Shown in pieces: positions 18,601-27,230 of a DNA stretch of 64,000 bases; the stretch's first letter is position 1; each line of letters opens with the position of its first letter. The notes beneath the pieces were generated by a model. That model was given only the letters and a program-made list of their open reading frames with translations. It was not told where the DNA came from and made no database searches. A program made the translations under genes and the position numbers. Origin of the DNA: an uncultured Clostridia bacterium (GTDB lineage Bacteria > Bacillota > Clostridia > Christensenellales > UBA1242); assembly GCA_944362705.1 (NCBI GenBank), contig CALVTO010000002.1:140818-204817 (forward strand), in the 5' to 3' direction.

Positions 18601-19870
18601 AAATTGTTTTTTGTAAAACAGGTTCATCATCTACACCTATTTCTTTCCAACCTAAGAAAGTATACCCTTTTTTTGTTGGATTTTTTAGCACAAAATTTTC
18701 CGTTTCAATGGTGTAATTTGTAGGGTTATCTAGTTGCTGGTCTACACCTTCTAGACCTTCATATGTAATGGCATATTCTTGCATAGAATAGTTTGCTATA
18801 AAAGTAACATTCGATAAAACCGTGTAAGGAAATTGTACAGGACTTCCACTTACAAGCCAACTATGCACAATATACCCTTCTCGCGCGAAATCAGGTGCAT
18901 CTACTGTAAATGTTTCTTCTACTACGCCAGAAGCAATTCTTTCACCTTTGAATAAAAATTCATATGTGAACATGTGATATTTATACATGGAAATTGTATA
19001 AACAATACTCGTGGACGCATCTGTTGAAAATACTTTTAAGTAAATTTCATGCAAACCTGCTCTATCAAATGCATATGTATGGCCTAACTTTTGAGAAAGA
19101 TCGGCATCGGCGTAAAGTTCCCACTGAACATTTCCTTGAACCTCTATTAAAGCATCGAAATCTAAAGATGCTACATCGTTTCGAATATCGGTTTTAGAAA
19201 ATGTTAAGGTTTCGGAATCATACGTGAACCCAGTAATGCCATCTATGTTATAGCCCACAATTTCAAAGGTGGCTTGCAATTCTAAATCGTTATAATTTGG
19301 TCGAGAAACAACGGCACGTATTTCGTAAACACCTGCATTTTTCACGCGAACTTCACTTACAGGTTGTTGTGCGTCATTTACATAATATTTAACTGTGTAA
19401 GCATCAGTCATTCCGCTTACGGCAAATACATAATACTCATCATTAAATGGTACCGTTTTGCCTGTAAATGTAACACCTTGAATATCTGCTGGAACAATCA
19501 CAAATGTGAAAATTTTTGAAATAGTTTCGTAGGTTACTTTTATTTCATGCGTTCCAACTGAAACCAATTTTGCCTCATCTTCGGCAGAAATGGTTACTTC
19601 GTTCATGGTAATATCTTTTACAGAATTATCATCGTAAATCACGCGGAAGGTAACCGCATTTTTATTAAATGTTTCGTTATATGTAATATTTGACACGTTT
19701 GTGGTAAGTACAATGTCGGTAACCACAGGCTGCGTTTTTTTCATTAAAAAAACCGCGGCAACTGCGCCACCTGCCAAAATGAGAATGAGCAACGGAATGA
19801 AGATTGCTAACCATACTTTTTTCTTGCTTTTTTTATTTTCCGTTGCATTTGAAAAAATTTCTTGCGCCAT
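15602..19870 (-). CDS. Giant cell-surface protein: N-terminal TM anchor, Ig-like region, about 11 Listeria-Bacteroides (Flg_new) repeats, and a C-terminal BspA-type leucine-rich repeat domain
   Basis: 1422 aa. The repeat signature (R/K)xGYTF(V/L/I)GW...G...F(T)AxW is seen about 11 times. The LRR_5-like tail reads ITSVTLPNTVVEIGSQAFKNCVNLTTV / FANCVQLNEIVL / FAGCTGLTALHIP. Confidence 0.8.
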   Translation of the reverse strand: MAQEIFSNATENKKSKKKVWLAIFIPLLILILAGGAVAAVFLMKKTQPVVTDIVLTTNVSNITYNETFNKNAVTFRVIYDDNSVKDITMNEVTISAEDEAKLVSVGTHEIKVTYETISKIFTFVIVPADIQGVTFTGKTVPFNDEYYVFAVSGMTDAYTVKYYVNDAQQPVSEVRVKNAGVYEIRAVVSRPNYNDLELQATFEIVGYNIDGITGFTYDSETLTFSKTDIRNDVASLDFDALIEVQGNVQWELYADADLSQKLGHTYAFDRAGLHEIYLKVFSTDASTSIVYTISMYKYHMFTYEFLFKGERIASGVVEETFTVDAPDFAREGYIVHSWLVSGSPVQFPYTVLSNVTFIANYSMQEYAITYEGLEGVDQQLDNPTNYTIETENFVLKNPTKKGYTFLGWKEIGVDDEPVLQKTISKGSIGNKTIQAVWEKDTYTITYLNSPEAGEGEMINNENVLTYDVETESFVLKAPTREGYTFVGWSGTGIVGTQQEVTIQKGTTGNLQFTANWKLTEYTITYENDPIEQTYDHVTNTNPTTYTIVTDTITLIDPERTGYIFLGWVDKENQTEPQKNITIEKGSMGNKTFIAKWEVVTYNIIYKHDPVEEVGFDEIVNNNASQYVSYNINTETFALSQPTRKGYTFVGWSGTGISGVQKDVTVEQGSYGNKTFTAHWELTTYAIIFENSPESSGDVVNNNATNYTFTTETFALQEPTRNGYIFIGWTYSGVDVPTKEVQIERGSTGEKTFTAVWEIEEYTIRYEHTPSISDAEEITNSNPTSYNVATETFTLTAPVRKGYTFLGWLYDDVEEPTMVVEIEKGNTGDKVFTAVWQEIAYTITYKHNPEVTESESITNTNPQSYTITSNDITLSNLTRKGYTFLGWVKEGDASSEPQKNVVIPKGSVGNVTFVAYWEVITYHIIFENNYEVTEKEISEGTYINNNQTTFTVVDEIVIVTPTREGYTFVGWTGDGVDGTQTEVTIAKGTTGDVTLTAVWEPITYNIYYTSTPDSTGDDDVIDYGSTRDTYTMLTETFVLPTPTRTGYTFIGWSGTGIEGTTNTVTIEKGSYGEKHFTANWGIQMFTYTFKDASGGVFKQDTIPYKTAIVAPESNPIKNSTTSTSYMFSGWDKEIPEYIVEDIEFTPQYTEEQFSEGLLFERVDDAYVVSIGSAQETDILVPAHYNGLEVTKVKQQAFMGSSITSVTLPNTVVEIGSQAFKNCVNLTTVTGMEKVATLSHEAFANCVQLNEIVLGDALLVIGNYAFAGCTGLTALHIPAQVVAIELHAFDGLTGMHTFTVATDNTNYTAYEGNLYSKDMSVLIKYAMGKDLATFVLPSLTIAIAENAFDADNGGVQSLAVIALQNIILHENVMYIYDTSLPVSCHIFSYATQKPETWSENSLTNVTIYWSGQWNAQDDSPAPIV
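16421..18973 (-). repeat. Tandem in-frame coding repeats (~70-80 codons each, about 11 copies), Flg_new-type
   Basis: Periodic recurrence of YxITY...PT(R)xGYTFxGW...xKGxxGxxxFTAxW in the translation of aa ~300-1150. Confidence 0.75.
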
Positions 19871-19939
19871 ACTCCCCCTCTATTACGCGTTCCTTTTGTT
19901 AGCATGCGTTACACGCTTCATTTTTATGATTGTAAGACT

Positions 19940-19967
19940 ATTATAGCATAAAAAAAATAACCGTCAA
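19940..19967 (-). promoter_or_regulatory. Promoter of the giant surface-protein gene
   Basis: On the minus strand: TTGACG (19962-19967), 16 nt spacer, TATAAT (19940-19945). Confidence 0.55.
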
Positions 19968-20072
19968 ACAAATATACGATAGTCATACTTAAAGAAAAAT
20001 AAATAAAACATTGCTTTAAAATAAAAGTAATGCAATATGCCATATAAATGCATGTTCTAAAATCATTTTGAT

Positions 20073-20108
20073 AAAAAAATAAAATAATAAAAAATATTAT
20101 TTTATTTT
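20073..20108 (-). terminator. A/T-only perfect inverted repeat downstream of the IMPase-family gene (weak terminator candidate)
   Basis: A 14-bp stem AAAATAAAATAATA / TATTATTTTATTTT with a 5-nt loop, followed by T residues on the minus strand. Confidence 0.35.
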
Positions 20109-20115
20109 ATGATTT

Positions 20116-20904
20116 TTATTTTTTATTGTTTTTATATATCTTTTCACTTTCTGTAATTAGTTTTTGCACCAAATTTGCAAGTTCTTGGTTGGCTAGCGAA
20201 ATATGTATTGGGTTATGCAACATAGTTGTGTGCAAAGATACACCACCCGCTTTTTCGCATAAAAACATACCTGGCAAATAATCCCACACATTATCGGCAA
20301 ACAAAATATACCCATGCGCTTTGCCGTGAGCGACAAGCGCAAACTCGCAACCAGCTGAACCTAAATTGCGTGTGCGCATAATTTGTTCAGATAATTTTTG
20401 CTGAAACATACATGCACATGTATTCATATTTTTATATTTTACATTTACGTTGCCCATATAAAAAAGTGCGTTTTCTGGTTCTACATTAGATTGAACGTGG
20501 ATAGGCTTTCCGTTACAAAAAGCGCCTTGATTTGAAGCGAAATATAACTCTTTACTTGTTGGAATAAAAATAACAGAAGCTTGTACGGCTCCATTATGAA
20601 CAAACGCCATTTGAATACACCAATCTCGTATGTTGTTTGCAAAACTTAATGTTCCGTCAATAGGATCGATAACCCAACAACGACCCTGTAATTGAGAAGT
20701 ACTATGAAATTCTTCACTTACAACATAATCGTTTGGAAAATGTTTTTTCAATTGCTCTATAATGAACGTTTCGGTTGCTAAATCAAGTGTTGTAACTAAA
20801 TCTTTTTCGCCTTTTGCTGAAACCTCAAATGTATGCTTTTGAATGATGTGTTTATATGCTTGTTTTACCACTTGCTGTAAAAATTTTTCTTCTTTTGCGT
20901 ACAT
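20116..20904 (-). CDS. Inositol monophosphatase family protein (SuhB-like)
   Basis: Contains the WVIDPIDGT and WDYLPGMFLCEKAGG motifs. The start was moved to the ATG at 20904, which follows GGAGG. Confidence 0.85.
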   Translation of the reverse strand: MYAKEEKFLQQVVKQAYKHIIQKHTFEVSAKGEKDLVTTLDLATETFIIEQLKKHFPNDYVVSEEFHSTSQLQGRCWVIDPIDGTLSFANNIRDWCIQMAFVHNGAVQASVIFIPTSKELYFASNQGAFCNGKPIHVQSNVEPENALFYMGNVNVKYKNMNTCACMFQQKLSEQIMRTRNLGSAGCEFALVAHGKAHGYILFADNVWDYLPGMFLCEKAGGVSLHTTMLHNPIHISLANQELANLVQKLITESEKIYKNNKK

Positions 20905-20976
20905 GCTGACCTCCATTTCTTTACAACGTTAGTGTACCACATTTTTTACAAATTACCAATAAAATATAAATAGATG

Positions 20977-21003
20977 TAAAAAAAAGCAGGAACACTTCCT
21001 GCT
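20977..21003 (-). terminator. Intrinsic terminator after the acidic coiled-coil protein gene
   Basis: The minus strand reads AGCAGGAA-gtgt-TCCTGCT followed by T8. Confidence 0.75.
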
Positions 21004-21011
21004 TTTTACAA

Positions 21012-21833
21012 TTATTCTTGTTCGCCAGTTTCGCCAGCTGCAATTAACGCTTCTAGTTCTTTAATTTCTTCATTGTAACGAACTTGTTCAGCACTTAAGA
21101 AATCTCTCATTTTAACCGTTTGATTGTATTTATCTTTATTTTTTGCTAAATATGCTTCGGCGTCTGCTATAGATGTTTTTAATTCGGTAATTAAAGCTAC
21201 TAATTCTTCTTGTTTTTGTTTTTTCTCTGGATCAACATCTTTAATATCGTTAACTTTATACATTACCAAATTTAAGTTAGCTAAGTCACCAGCTTTACGA
21301 TTTAACAATTTTTTATTACGTGTAATACGGCGTTGTGTTCTTTCGTATTTCGTAATAAATTTTTTCTTTTTGTCTAAATCTTTTTCTACTTTTGCCAAGC
21401 TCTCTTTAATTTTTTCCATGCGAATATTGTAGTCGAAAACTGGACCTTCATTGACAACAACAACTTCTTCTTTTGCCTCTTCTTTTTCTTCTTCGGCGAT
21501 TGGTGTAGGTTCTGCTGGAACTTCTTCTTTAACAGGTTCTTCTACAACTTCCTCTACTTCTTGTTCTGGCTGTTGTTCTTTGGTTTGCTCTTCAACAACT
21601 TCTTCTACCTGCGTTTCTTCTACAGGTTCTTCCATGGCTTGTGATTTTTCTTCTAACGCTTTAAGCATAGCATCTAAATCTATTTCTTCTTCATCATCGC
21701 CACTGTTTTCTGGTTTTTCTTTTCTTAATTTTTTACCCATAGTAATTTCTACAAAGAAAGCAATGGTAAAGGTAAGCACAACAATGATAGCCGCAACAAA
21801 ACAACAAATAATAAAAATTTTTAAGTTCTCCAT
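21012..21833 (-). CDS. Membrane-anchored acidic coiled-coil protein, unknown function
   Basis: The start was set at ATG 21833 (RBS AAGGAGAAAAAAATATG). It has an N-terminal TM (IFIICCFVAAIIVVLTFTIAFFV), an E/V/P-rich acidic tract and a K/E-rich helical C-terminus. Confidence 0.55.
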   Translation of the reverse strand: MENLKIFIICCFVAAIIVVLTFTIAFFVEITMGKKLRKEKPENSGDDEEEIDLDAMLKALEEKSQAMEEPVEETQVEEVVEEQTKEQQPEQEVEEVVEEPVKEEVPAEPTPIAEEEKEEAKEEVVVVNEGPVFDYNIRMEKIKESLAKVEKDLDKKKKFITKYERTQRRITRNKKLLNRKAGDLANLNLVMYKVNDIKDVDPEKKQKQEELVALITELKTSIADAEAYLAKNKDKYNQTVKMRDFLSAEQVRYNEEIKELEALIAAGETGEQE

Positions 21834-21875
21834 ATTTTTTTCTCCTTTTTTACAGCTTTCGCTGATAAAATACAC

Positions 21876-22222
21876 TGGTGGAGGCGACGGGAATTGAACC
21901 CGTGTCCAAGAAACGAAAAATTACTGTTCTACATGCTTAGTTAGTATTTATTTCGTAAAAACGTTTCTACTAACAAACCCTGTTTTTACGTTGCACGCAT
22001 TGTGTTTAAGTGCATGAACTTGGTGCGAAGCACATGTACCGATCTGCCTAAATAATGCCCGCAACGCCCGACAGCCCTGCGTTTTGGACAACTAACTGCA
22101 AGTTACGCAGCTAATGCAAAATTTTCGTTTGCGTTTATTTTGTTTTGGTTGATTACGCCAGACCAACCTGCCGACATGCTGTATGTAATTTTACAATTTC
22201 CCGTCGAAACCAAAACGCCCCC
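21876..22222 (-). ncRNA. ssrA: tmRNA (SsrA)
   Basis: The 5' end reads GGGGGCGTTTTGGTTTCGACGG. The 3' tRNA-like end reads GGACACGGGTTCAATTCCCGTCGCCTCCACCA. An internal tag ORF ends ...ALAA-stop. It lies immediately downstream of smpB. Confidence 0.92.
22103..22132 (-). other. tmRNA tag-peptide reading frame, predicted tag ANENFALAA
   Basis: Reads GCA AAC GAA AAT TTT GCA TTA GCT GCG TAA. The resume codon was assigned by analogy with clostridial tags. Confidence 0.7.
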
Positions 22223-22231
22223 TTATGGTGG

Positions 22232-22675
22232 CTAAAAAGAAGCCACTTCTCTTTGCGCTTCACGCGTTAAATCTTTTTCTTTTAGCGCCTGACGTTTATC
22301 ATGTAGTTTTTTACCACTCGCTACGGCAATTTGCATTTTTGCCCAACGCCCTGAAAAATAAATTTGTAAAGGTACTAACGTATAGCCTTTCATTTTTACC
22401 TGACGTTCTAGACTACGCAACTGCTGTTTCGATAGTAAAAGTTTGCGGGTTCGCAATGGATCGGCCGTTTGCCAAGTTGCTTGTTTATAAGGTGAAATAT
22501 GCATTCCTATAATGTAAGCTTCGCCGTTTTTCAGTATAATGTAACTATCTTTTAACTGGCAACTTCCCTTTCGTATGCTTTTTATTTCACAGCCTTGTAA
22601 CACAAGCCCTGCTTCAACGGTTTCATGTATGAAATAATCATGATATGCTTTTTTATTTTCTGCAACTGGTTTCAT
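22232..22675 (-). CDS. smpB: SsrA-binding protein SmpB
   Basis: Contains NKKAYHDYFI and GCEIKS...G motifs. Length is 147 aa, adjacent to ssrA. Confidence 0.95.
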   Translation of the reverse strand: MKPVAENKKAYHDYFIHETVEAGLVLQGCEIKSIRKGSCQLKDSYIILKNGEAYIIGMHISPYKQATWQTADPLRTRKLLLSKQQLRSLERQVKMKGYTLVPLQIYFSGRWAKMQIAVASGKKLHDKRQALKEKDLTREAQREVASF

Positions 22676-22854
22676 AAGCGGATTTCCTTTTACATTTTGC
22701 TTTTGAAACTATACATAGTATAGCACAAATATTTTATGTTTTCAAGATGCAAATGTAATTATTTTTTAAAATTTCATAGTTTTAACAGTATAAAACCTAT
22801 GTTTTTGCAAATTTTTATAAATTTTTCTTACAAGAACATGGCGTTTTCGTTATT

Positions 22855-24987
22855 TTAACCTTCATTTTCTGCAAGTTCGAATTGAACTCTTCGCATAACC
22901 AAATCAACTTCTTTCACTTTTACAAATAGTTTTTTACCTAAAGCAAATGCATGTTTTTTGCCTACCAAACGATATCTTTTTTCTTCGAATATGTAATGGT
23001 CTTGCGGTAAATCTTCGGTGTAAATAAAGCCCTCTACCGTGTTTTCTAGCGATACAAAAATACCGCTTTCAATGACGCCTGTAATTGTTCCGTTGTAGAT
23101 TTCGCCGATATGTTTCGACATGAATTCAGCCTTCTTTAAATCGTCAACCGCCCTTTCTGCCTCATCGGCTCTGCGCTCGGTTAAACTACTTTGCTCACTT
23201 GCAACCACAACATAGTTTTGCAATGCTTGCAAAGTACCGCCTTGTAAAGTTCCATGCAACCAATGTTTAATAATGCGGTGAATGAGTAGATCGGGATATC
23301 TTCGAATAGGACTGGTAAAGTGACAATAATTTTTTAAAGCCAACCCAAAATGCCCCAAATTTTCAGGTGCATACCTTGCTTTTTGCATACTTCTAAGCAT
23401 AACCGATGAAATAATCGTTTCGGTTTCGGTACCTTGTACTTGATGCAAAACGGCTTGTAAATCGATTGGCTTAACGCGATCAGGCGATGCCTGCAAAGAA
23501 AGCCCAAACGTTTGCAAATATTCTTTAAACGCTTTGATTTTTTCTGGTGTTGGTGTTTCATGCACACGATAGACGAAAGGTGCTTTAAGTTCGTGCATTT
23601 GTTTTGCTATTACTTCATTGGTAAGTACCATAAACATTTCAATTAAGCGTTCGGAAAGTGTACGTGGTTTGCGTTTAATGTTTACCACTTCGTACGCTTC
23701 GTTCAGTTCGAAAGCAACTTCTGGCAAGTTAAAATCGATATTCCCTTCTTTTTCACGTTTTTCTATAAGTATTTGCGCTAATTGCGCCATAGAATCGAGC
23801 ATAGGCACAACATCTTTGTATTTTGCGCGCATTTCTTGGTTGTTTTCAAAAATTTGCGTAACTTCCGTATACGTCATTCTATGCGCAGATTCCATATAGG
23901 TTTCCGCAATTTCGTGATGAACAACATTACCTTTTTTATCCATTTCCATAAATACAGATAACGTAAGTTTATCTGTTTTTTCATTTAAAGAACATACATC
24001 ATTCGATAATTCCACCGGAAGCATAGGTAGCACCATATCTGGAAAATACACACTTGTACCGCGCAAAAACGCTTCTTGATCGAGCGCAGAACCCGCTTTT
24101 ACGTAATGCGAAACGTCGGCAATATGCACGCCTAAGTAATAATTTCCGTTTTTCTTCATTTCAAGTGAAATAGCGTCATCGAAATCGCGAGCATCTTCCC
24201 CATCGATGGTAATACATTTGATGTTTCGTATGTCTTTACGTTTTTTGAGTTCTTCGACCGACGGACGTACGGCAACTTTTTTTGCTTCTGCTTGCACATT
24301 TTCTGGGAATGTTTCTGTTAAATTAAAACTACGAACAACGGCTAAGGTACTTACTTTAAAATTTGTACTATCTCCTAGAATTTCTGTAATTTCACCTTGC
24401 GCCATGGTTGTTCTAGATGGATAAACCGTTATTTTGACAACCACTTTATAATTTTCTGGAACATTTTTTGCAGAAAGCATAGGAACAAAAACAGTATCTG
24501 TAAAGCGCGTGTCGTCTGGAATAACGAGCACACCGCCAACGGTAGCGCGCGTTGTGCCCACCAAACTGGTTACCCCGCGCTCTAAAATTTTAATCACTTC
24601 CGCTTCTGCTTTTTTTACTTTGCGACCAATTCGTTTTGCATTGTTTTTTAATTGAAACAACACGGTATCACCATGAGTCGCACCGTGCAAATCTCTTTCA
24701 CGACATAAGACGTCTTCTTCCAAATTTTCGCATCGCAAAAACGCATAGTCTTGACGGGTGCCTACAACTACGCCCTTATGCACATTGGTTGCTTTTGCCG
24801 TAAGCGCATATTTATGTTTACTTGTTAGCAACAATTTATCAGCTTTGACTAGTTTTTCAAGTTCTTCATGTACAATTTTAGTATCAAATCCTCGCGCAAA
24901 ACCACACATTTTTACAATTTCTTGCAATGTAAAATACGTTTGTTTGCTTTTTTGCATTTGATTGATAATATGTTCTTGAACAGTCAT
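22855..24987 (-). CDS. rnr: Ribonuclease R
   Basis: 710 aa. It has RNB domain motifs (IDGEDARDFDDAIS, HFGL..YCHFTSPIRRYPDL) and a C-terminal S1 domain. Classic rnr-smpB linkage. Confidence 0.92.
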   Translation of the reverse strand: MTVQEHIINQMQKSKQTYFTLQEIVKMCGFARGFDTKIVHEELEKLVKADKLLLTSKHKYALTAKATNVHKGVVVGTRQDYAFLRCENLEEDVLCRERDLHGATHGDTVLFQLKNNAKRIGRKVKKAEAEVIKILERGVTSLVGTTRATVGGVLVIPDDTRFTDTVFVPMLSAKNVPENYKVVVKITVYPSRTTMAQGEITEILGDSTNFKVSTLAVVRSFNLTETFPENVQAEAKKVAVRPSVEELKKRKDIRNIKCITIDGEDARDFDDAISLEMKKNGNYYLGVHIADVSHYVKAGSALDQEAFLRGTSVYFPDMVLPMLPVELSNDVCSLNEKTDKLTLSVFMEMDKKGNVVHHEIAETYMESAHRMTYTEVTQIFENNQEMRAKYKDVVPMLDSMAQLAQILIEKREKEGNIDFNLPEVAFELNEAYEVVNIKRKPRTLSERLIEMFMVLTNEVIAKQMHELKAPFVYRVHETPTPEKIKAFKEYLQTFGLSLQASPDRVKPIDLQAVLHQVQGTETETIISSVMLRSMQKARYAPENLGHFGLALKNYCHFTSPIRRYPDLLIHRIIKHWLHGTLQGGTLQALQNYVVVASEQSSLTERRADEAERAVDDLKKAEFMSKHIGEIYNGTITGVIESGIFVSLENTVEGFIYTEDLPQDHYIFEEKRYRLVGKKHAFALGKKLFVKVKEVDLVMRRVQFELAENEG

Positions 24988-24996
24988 AGTTCCTCC

Positions 24997-25689
24997 TTAC
25001 ATATGCACTTTTTTGATAAGTGCTTTTTGCAATTTTTGTTTTTTAAATATTAAAACAAAACTCAGTAGCCCCAGCGCCGTACAAAGAGAAGCCACAACGG
25101 GCCAATTAGCACCTGCGACCCAGCAATACTTAATAACAAACAACACAAGGCTATATAACAATAAGCGTAAACTTGCTTTTACATACACAAAATCTCGTTT
25201 ATTTGAGACGAGACATAAAATATTTACCAATATTGTAAAGCCCAGCAACACGCTTGGAACAGCATACACAATACTCCAGCCAAACACGGTTTGAAACAAA
25301 TGATGGTTATACCCATCAATAAATACTAATAACAAAGCAGTAAATAAAGCCATTTGCGTTAAGCTATATAAGTAAAACCCTTTAACTTTAAAAGGACGAA
25401 CAAAAACGAAGTATAAGCACAACAAACTAACTACCGGATACAAACACCAAAAAATGGTATCGCGAAAAATAACATTGATAAGCACGCACAACGCAGCAAA
25501 CACAATACACGCATTGCGTACAAATTGCACCCATTTACCGCGTTTTATTTGAGATGCATCGTATATTGGAAATGTAGTGTCTGTAATGGCTGTTTGCGCT
25601 TGGCTGCCTAAGTATTTCCCGCATAGCGGACAGTTGGTCACATCTGCAGAAACTTCTACATGACACGCCTTACAATATTTATTTTGCAT
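24997..25689 (-). CDS. Zinc-ribbon plus polytopic membrane protein (DUF6320-like, by recollection)
   Basis: The start was set at ATG 25689 (RBS AGGAGAG). The N-terminal motif is CKAC...CPLC, followed by about 6 hydrophobic helices. Confidence 0.55.
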   Translation of the reverse strand: MQNKYCKACHVEVSADVTNCPLCGKYLGSQAQTAITDTTFPIYDASQIKRGKWVQFVRNACIVFAALCVLINVIFRDTIFWCLYPVVSLLCLYFVFVRPFKVKGFYLYSLTQMALFTALLLVFIDGYNHHLFQTVFGWSIVYAVPSVLLGFTILVNILCLVSNKRDFVYVKASLRLLLYSLVLFVIKYCWVAGANWPVVASLCTALGLLSFVLIFKKQKLQKALIKKVHM

Positions 25690-27100
25690 ACAAATCTCTC
25701 CTATCGGTGTAGATATATACATCTATGTTATGCGCAGAAAGAAACCGGAAAAAATCTTTTTCCAAATTTCGTTCTTTAATTTTTGAGTTAAATGATATCA
25801 CCAACGAATCATTAAAACAAATAGCAGCCACGCCTTTTGTGTTATATTTGGGTCTTCCTAAATTAACTTCATAGTGCGAAATGTGGTTGGAAAACTCGTC
25901 AGGCGCTTGTACAACACCAATGTTAGAAAACGCGAGCGTTTGATAATCTTCCCCTAGTAATTTAAAACTTATATTGATAACAATATCTTTTAGTGCTAAA
26001 GGAAGTAGTTTTATACATGCATTTTTTTGAATTTTCGTGTTTGCATTGATATTTTGCAATAAAAACTCTTTATTGATTTTTTGGAAAGCTTGCGAAAATA
26101 CTTCAATAATTTCTTCTAAAGTTTTTTCTTGTGTATTTTCTATTTCTACGTTAATATAACTTGAAAAATTGCGCAAGGTTTCTTTTTCGAAAAAAGGACG
26201 AAGATCGATAGGCACTGAAATTTTTACAGGTTTTTTGGCACCAATATTTCGCTTATGCACCACGTAAGCTAGTAAACTACATAAGAATATAGAAAGTTTG
26301 GTTTTGTATTCTTTGGCGATCTCTTTGACTGCCTGCGCACGCATTTTACCATACGTGGTTCCCCCCTTGCCTTCATCTTCGGGAGTCCCTTTTATTTTTA
26401 ACGCTTTACGTTCTTTATGGGAATTGCTTTTACCATGGTTTGTAACCACTTGAAACGCATCTTGCGTTTCTTCTTCACTAGGAATATCTAAATAATTTAC
26501 ACAACCTTTAAGTGAAGATATAGGTTTTTGTTGCAGAGAAAAATAGCGATGCAATAACGTATTAAAAAACAGTAAAGTACCTCTGCCATCGGATACCGAG
26601 TGAAACACTTCTACAGAAATACGGTGATGAAAATATAAAATACGTATTAAATGCTCAACTCCATGCAAATCGAAATAACTACATGGAAATTCATGCTCTT
26701 GTTGTACTTTAGGAAAACTTGCTTTTTGGTCAAAATAATGCCAAAAAAGCCCATTTTTTAATGTTACATTAAAGGTGGGAAAACGCGGCATAATATCATT
26801 GACTGCTTGTTGCAGATATTCTGGCGAAACGGGCTCTTTCAAAACAGCACTAAAGCGGTATACAAAAGTCCACCCATGCCTACCTGCCGAAGGGTAAACG
26901 AGCGCGGCATTATCTAAACGAAACCAATTTGAAATTGTACGCAAACGCCTAGCTTCTAATTCCTTACGCACAATTTTTAATTTTGCTTTCTTTTCTATGT
27001 GTTTTTGCTTTTTTACTTGCTTTTGTTGCTGTTTTACAAGAACCGCTTCTCGCCGTTGTTGTTGTTTTTGCAATTTTTGCTCTTGTTTTTGTGCATTCAT
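25679..27100 (-). CDS. Condensation / alcohol-acetyltransferase-like acyltransferase with a K/Q-rich N-terminal extension
   Basis: The HxxxDG motif appears as FHSVSDGRG, and the family-typical N-terminus as WFRLDNAALVYPS. Length is 473 aa. Confidence 0.55.
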   Translation of the reverse strand: MNAQKQEQKLQKQQQRREAVLVKQQQKQVKKQKHIEKKAKLKIVRKELEARRLRTISNWFRLDNAALVYPSAGRHGWTFVYRFSAVLKEPVSPEYLQQAVNDIMPRFPTFNVTLKNGLFWHYFDQKASFPKVQQEHEFPCSYFDLHGVEHLIRILYFHHRISVEVFHSVSDGRGTLLFFNTLLHRYFSLQQKPISSLKGCVNYLDIPSEEETQDAFQVVTNHGKSNSHKERKALKIKGTPEDEGKGGTTYGKMRAQAVKEIAKEYKTKLSIFLCSLLAYVVHKRNIGAKKPVKISVPIDLRPFFEKETLRNFSSYINVEIENTQEKTLEEIIEVFSQAFQKINKEFLLQNINANTKIQKNACIKLLPLALKDIVINISFKLLGEDYQTLAFSNIGVVQAPDEFSNHISHYEVNLGRPKYNTKGVAAICFNDSLVISFNSKIKERNLEKDFFRFLSAHNIDVYIYTDRRDLYAK

Positions 27101-27204
27101 ATGTTTAGTGTACCAAAATTGTAAGGCACTTGTAAATTAAAATGCAATCACCTGCCTTTTTTCCATAGAAATTAAAGTACAATTTTGTAAAAATGAATAG
27201 AAAA

Positions 27205-27230
27205 TAAAAAAAGAACCATTTGGTTCTTTT
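27205..27230 (-). terminator. Intrinsic terminator closing the alpha operon (after rplQ)
   Basis: The minus strand reads AGAACC-aaat-GGTTCT followed by T7. Confidence 0.8.

Noticed and set aside
16421-18973. Regular ~220-240-bp periodicity that could superficially suggest a repeat array or CRISPR
   Set aside because: The periodicity lies entirely inside one uninterrupted 1422-codon ORF and corresponds to protein-domain (Flg_new) repeats. The units are far longer than CRISPR repeats, have no spacer/repeat alternation, and no cas genes are present.
13084-21876. Genomic island integrated at the 3' end of ssrA (tmRNA genes are classic integration sites)
   Set aside because: There is no integrase or recombinase gene, and no direct repeat of the tmRNA 3' end was spotted by eye downstream. 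The composition is similar to the flanks. The block also contains ordinary housekeeping genes (IMPase family).
21451-21897. 148-aa Ser/Thr-rich plus-strand ORF
   Set aside because: It is antisense to the Glu-rich coding region of the acidic coiled-coil protein (GAA/GAG repeats read as TTC/CTC, giving Ser/Phe-rich nonsense). It runs into the tmRNA gene and has no RBS.
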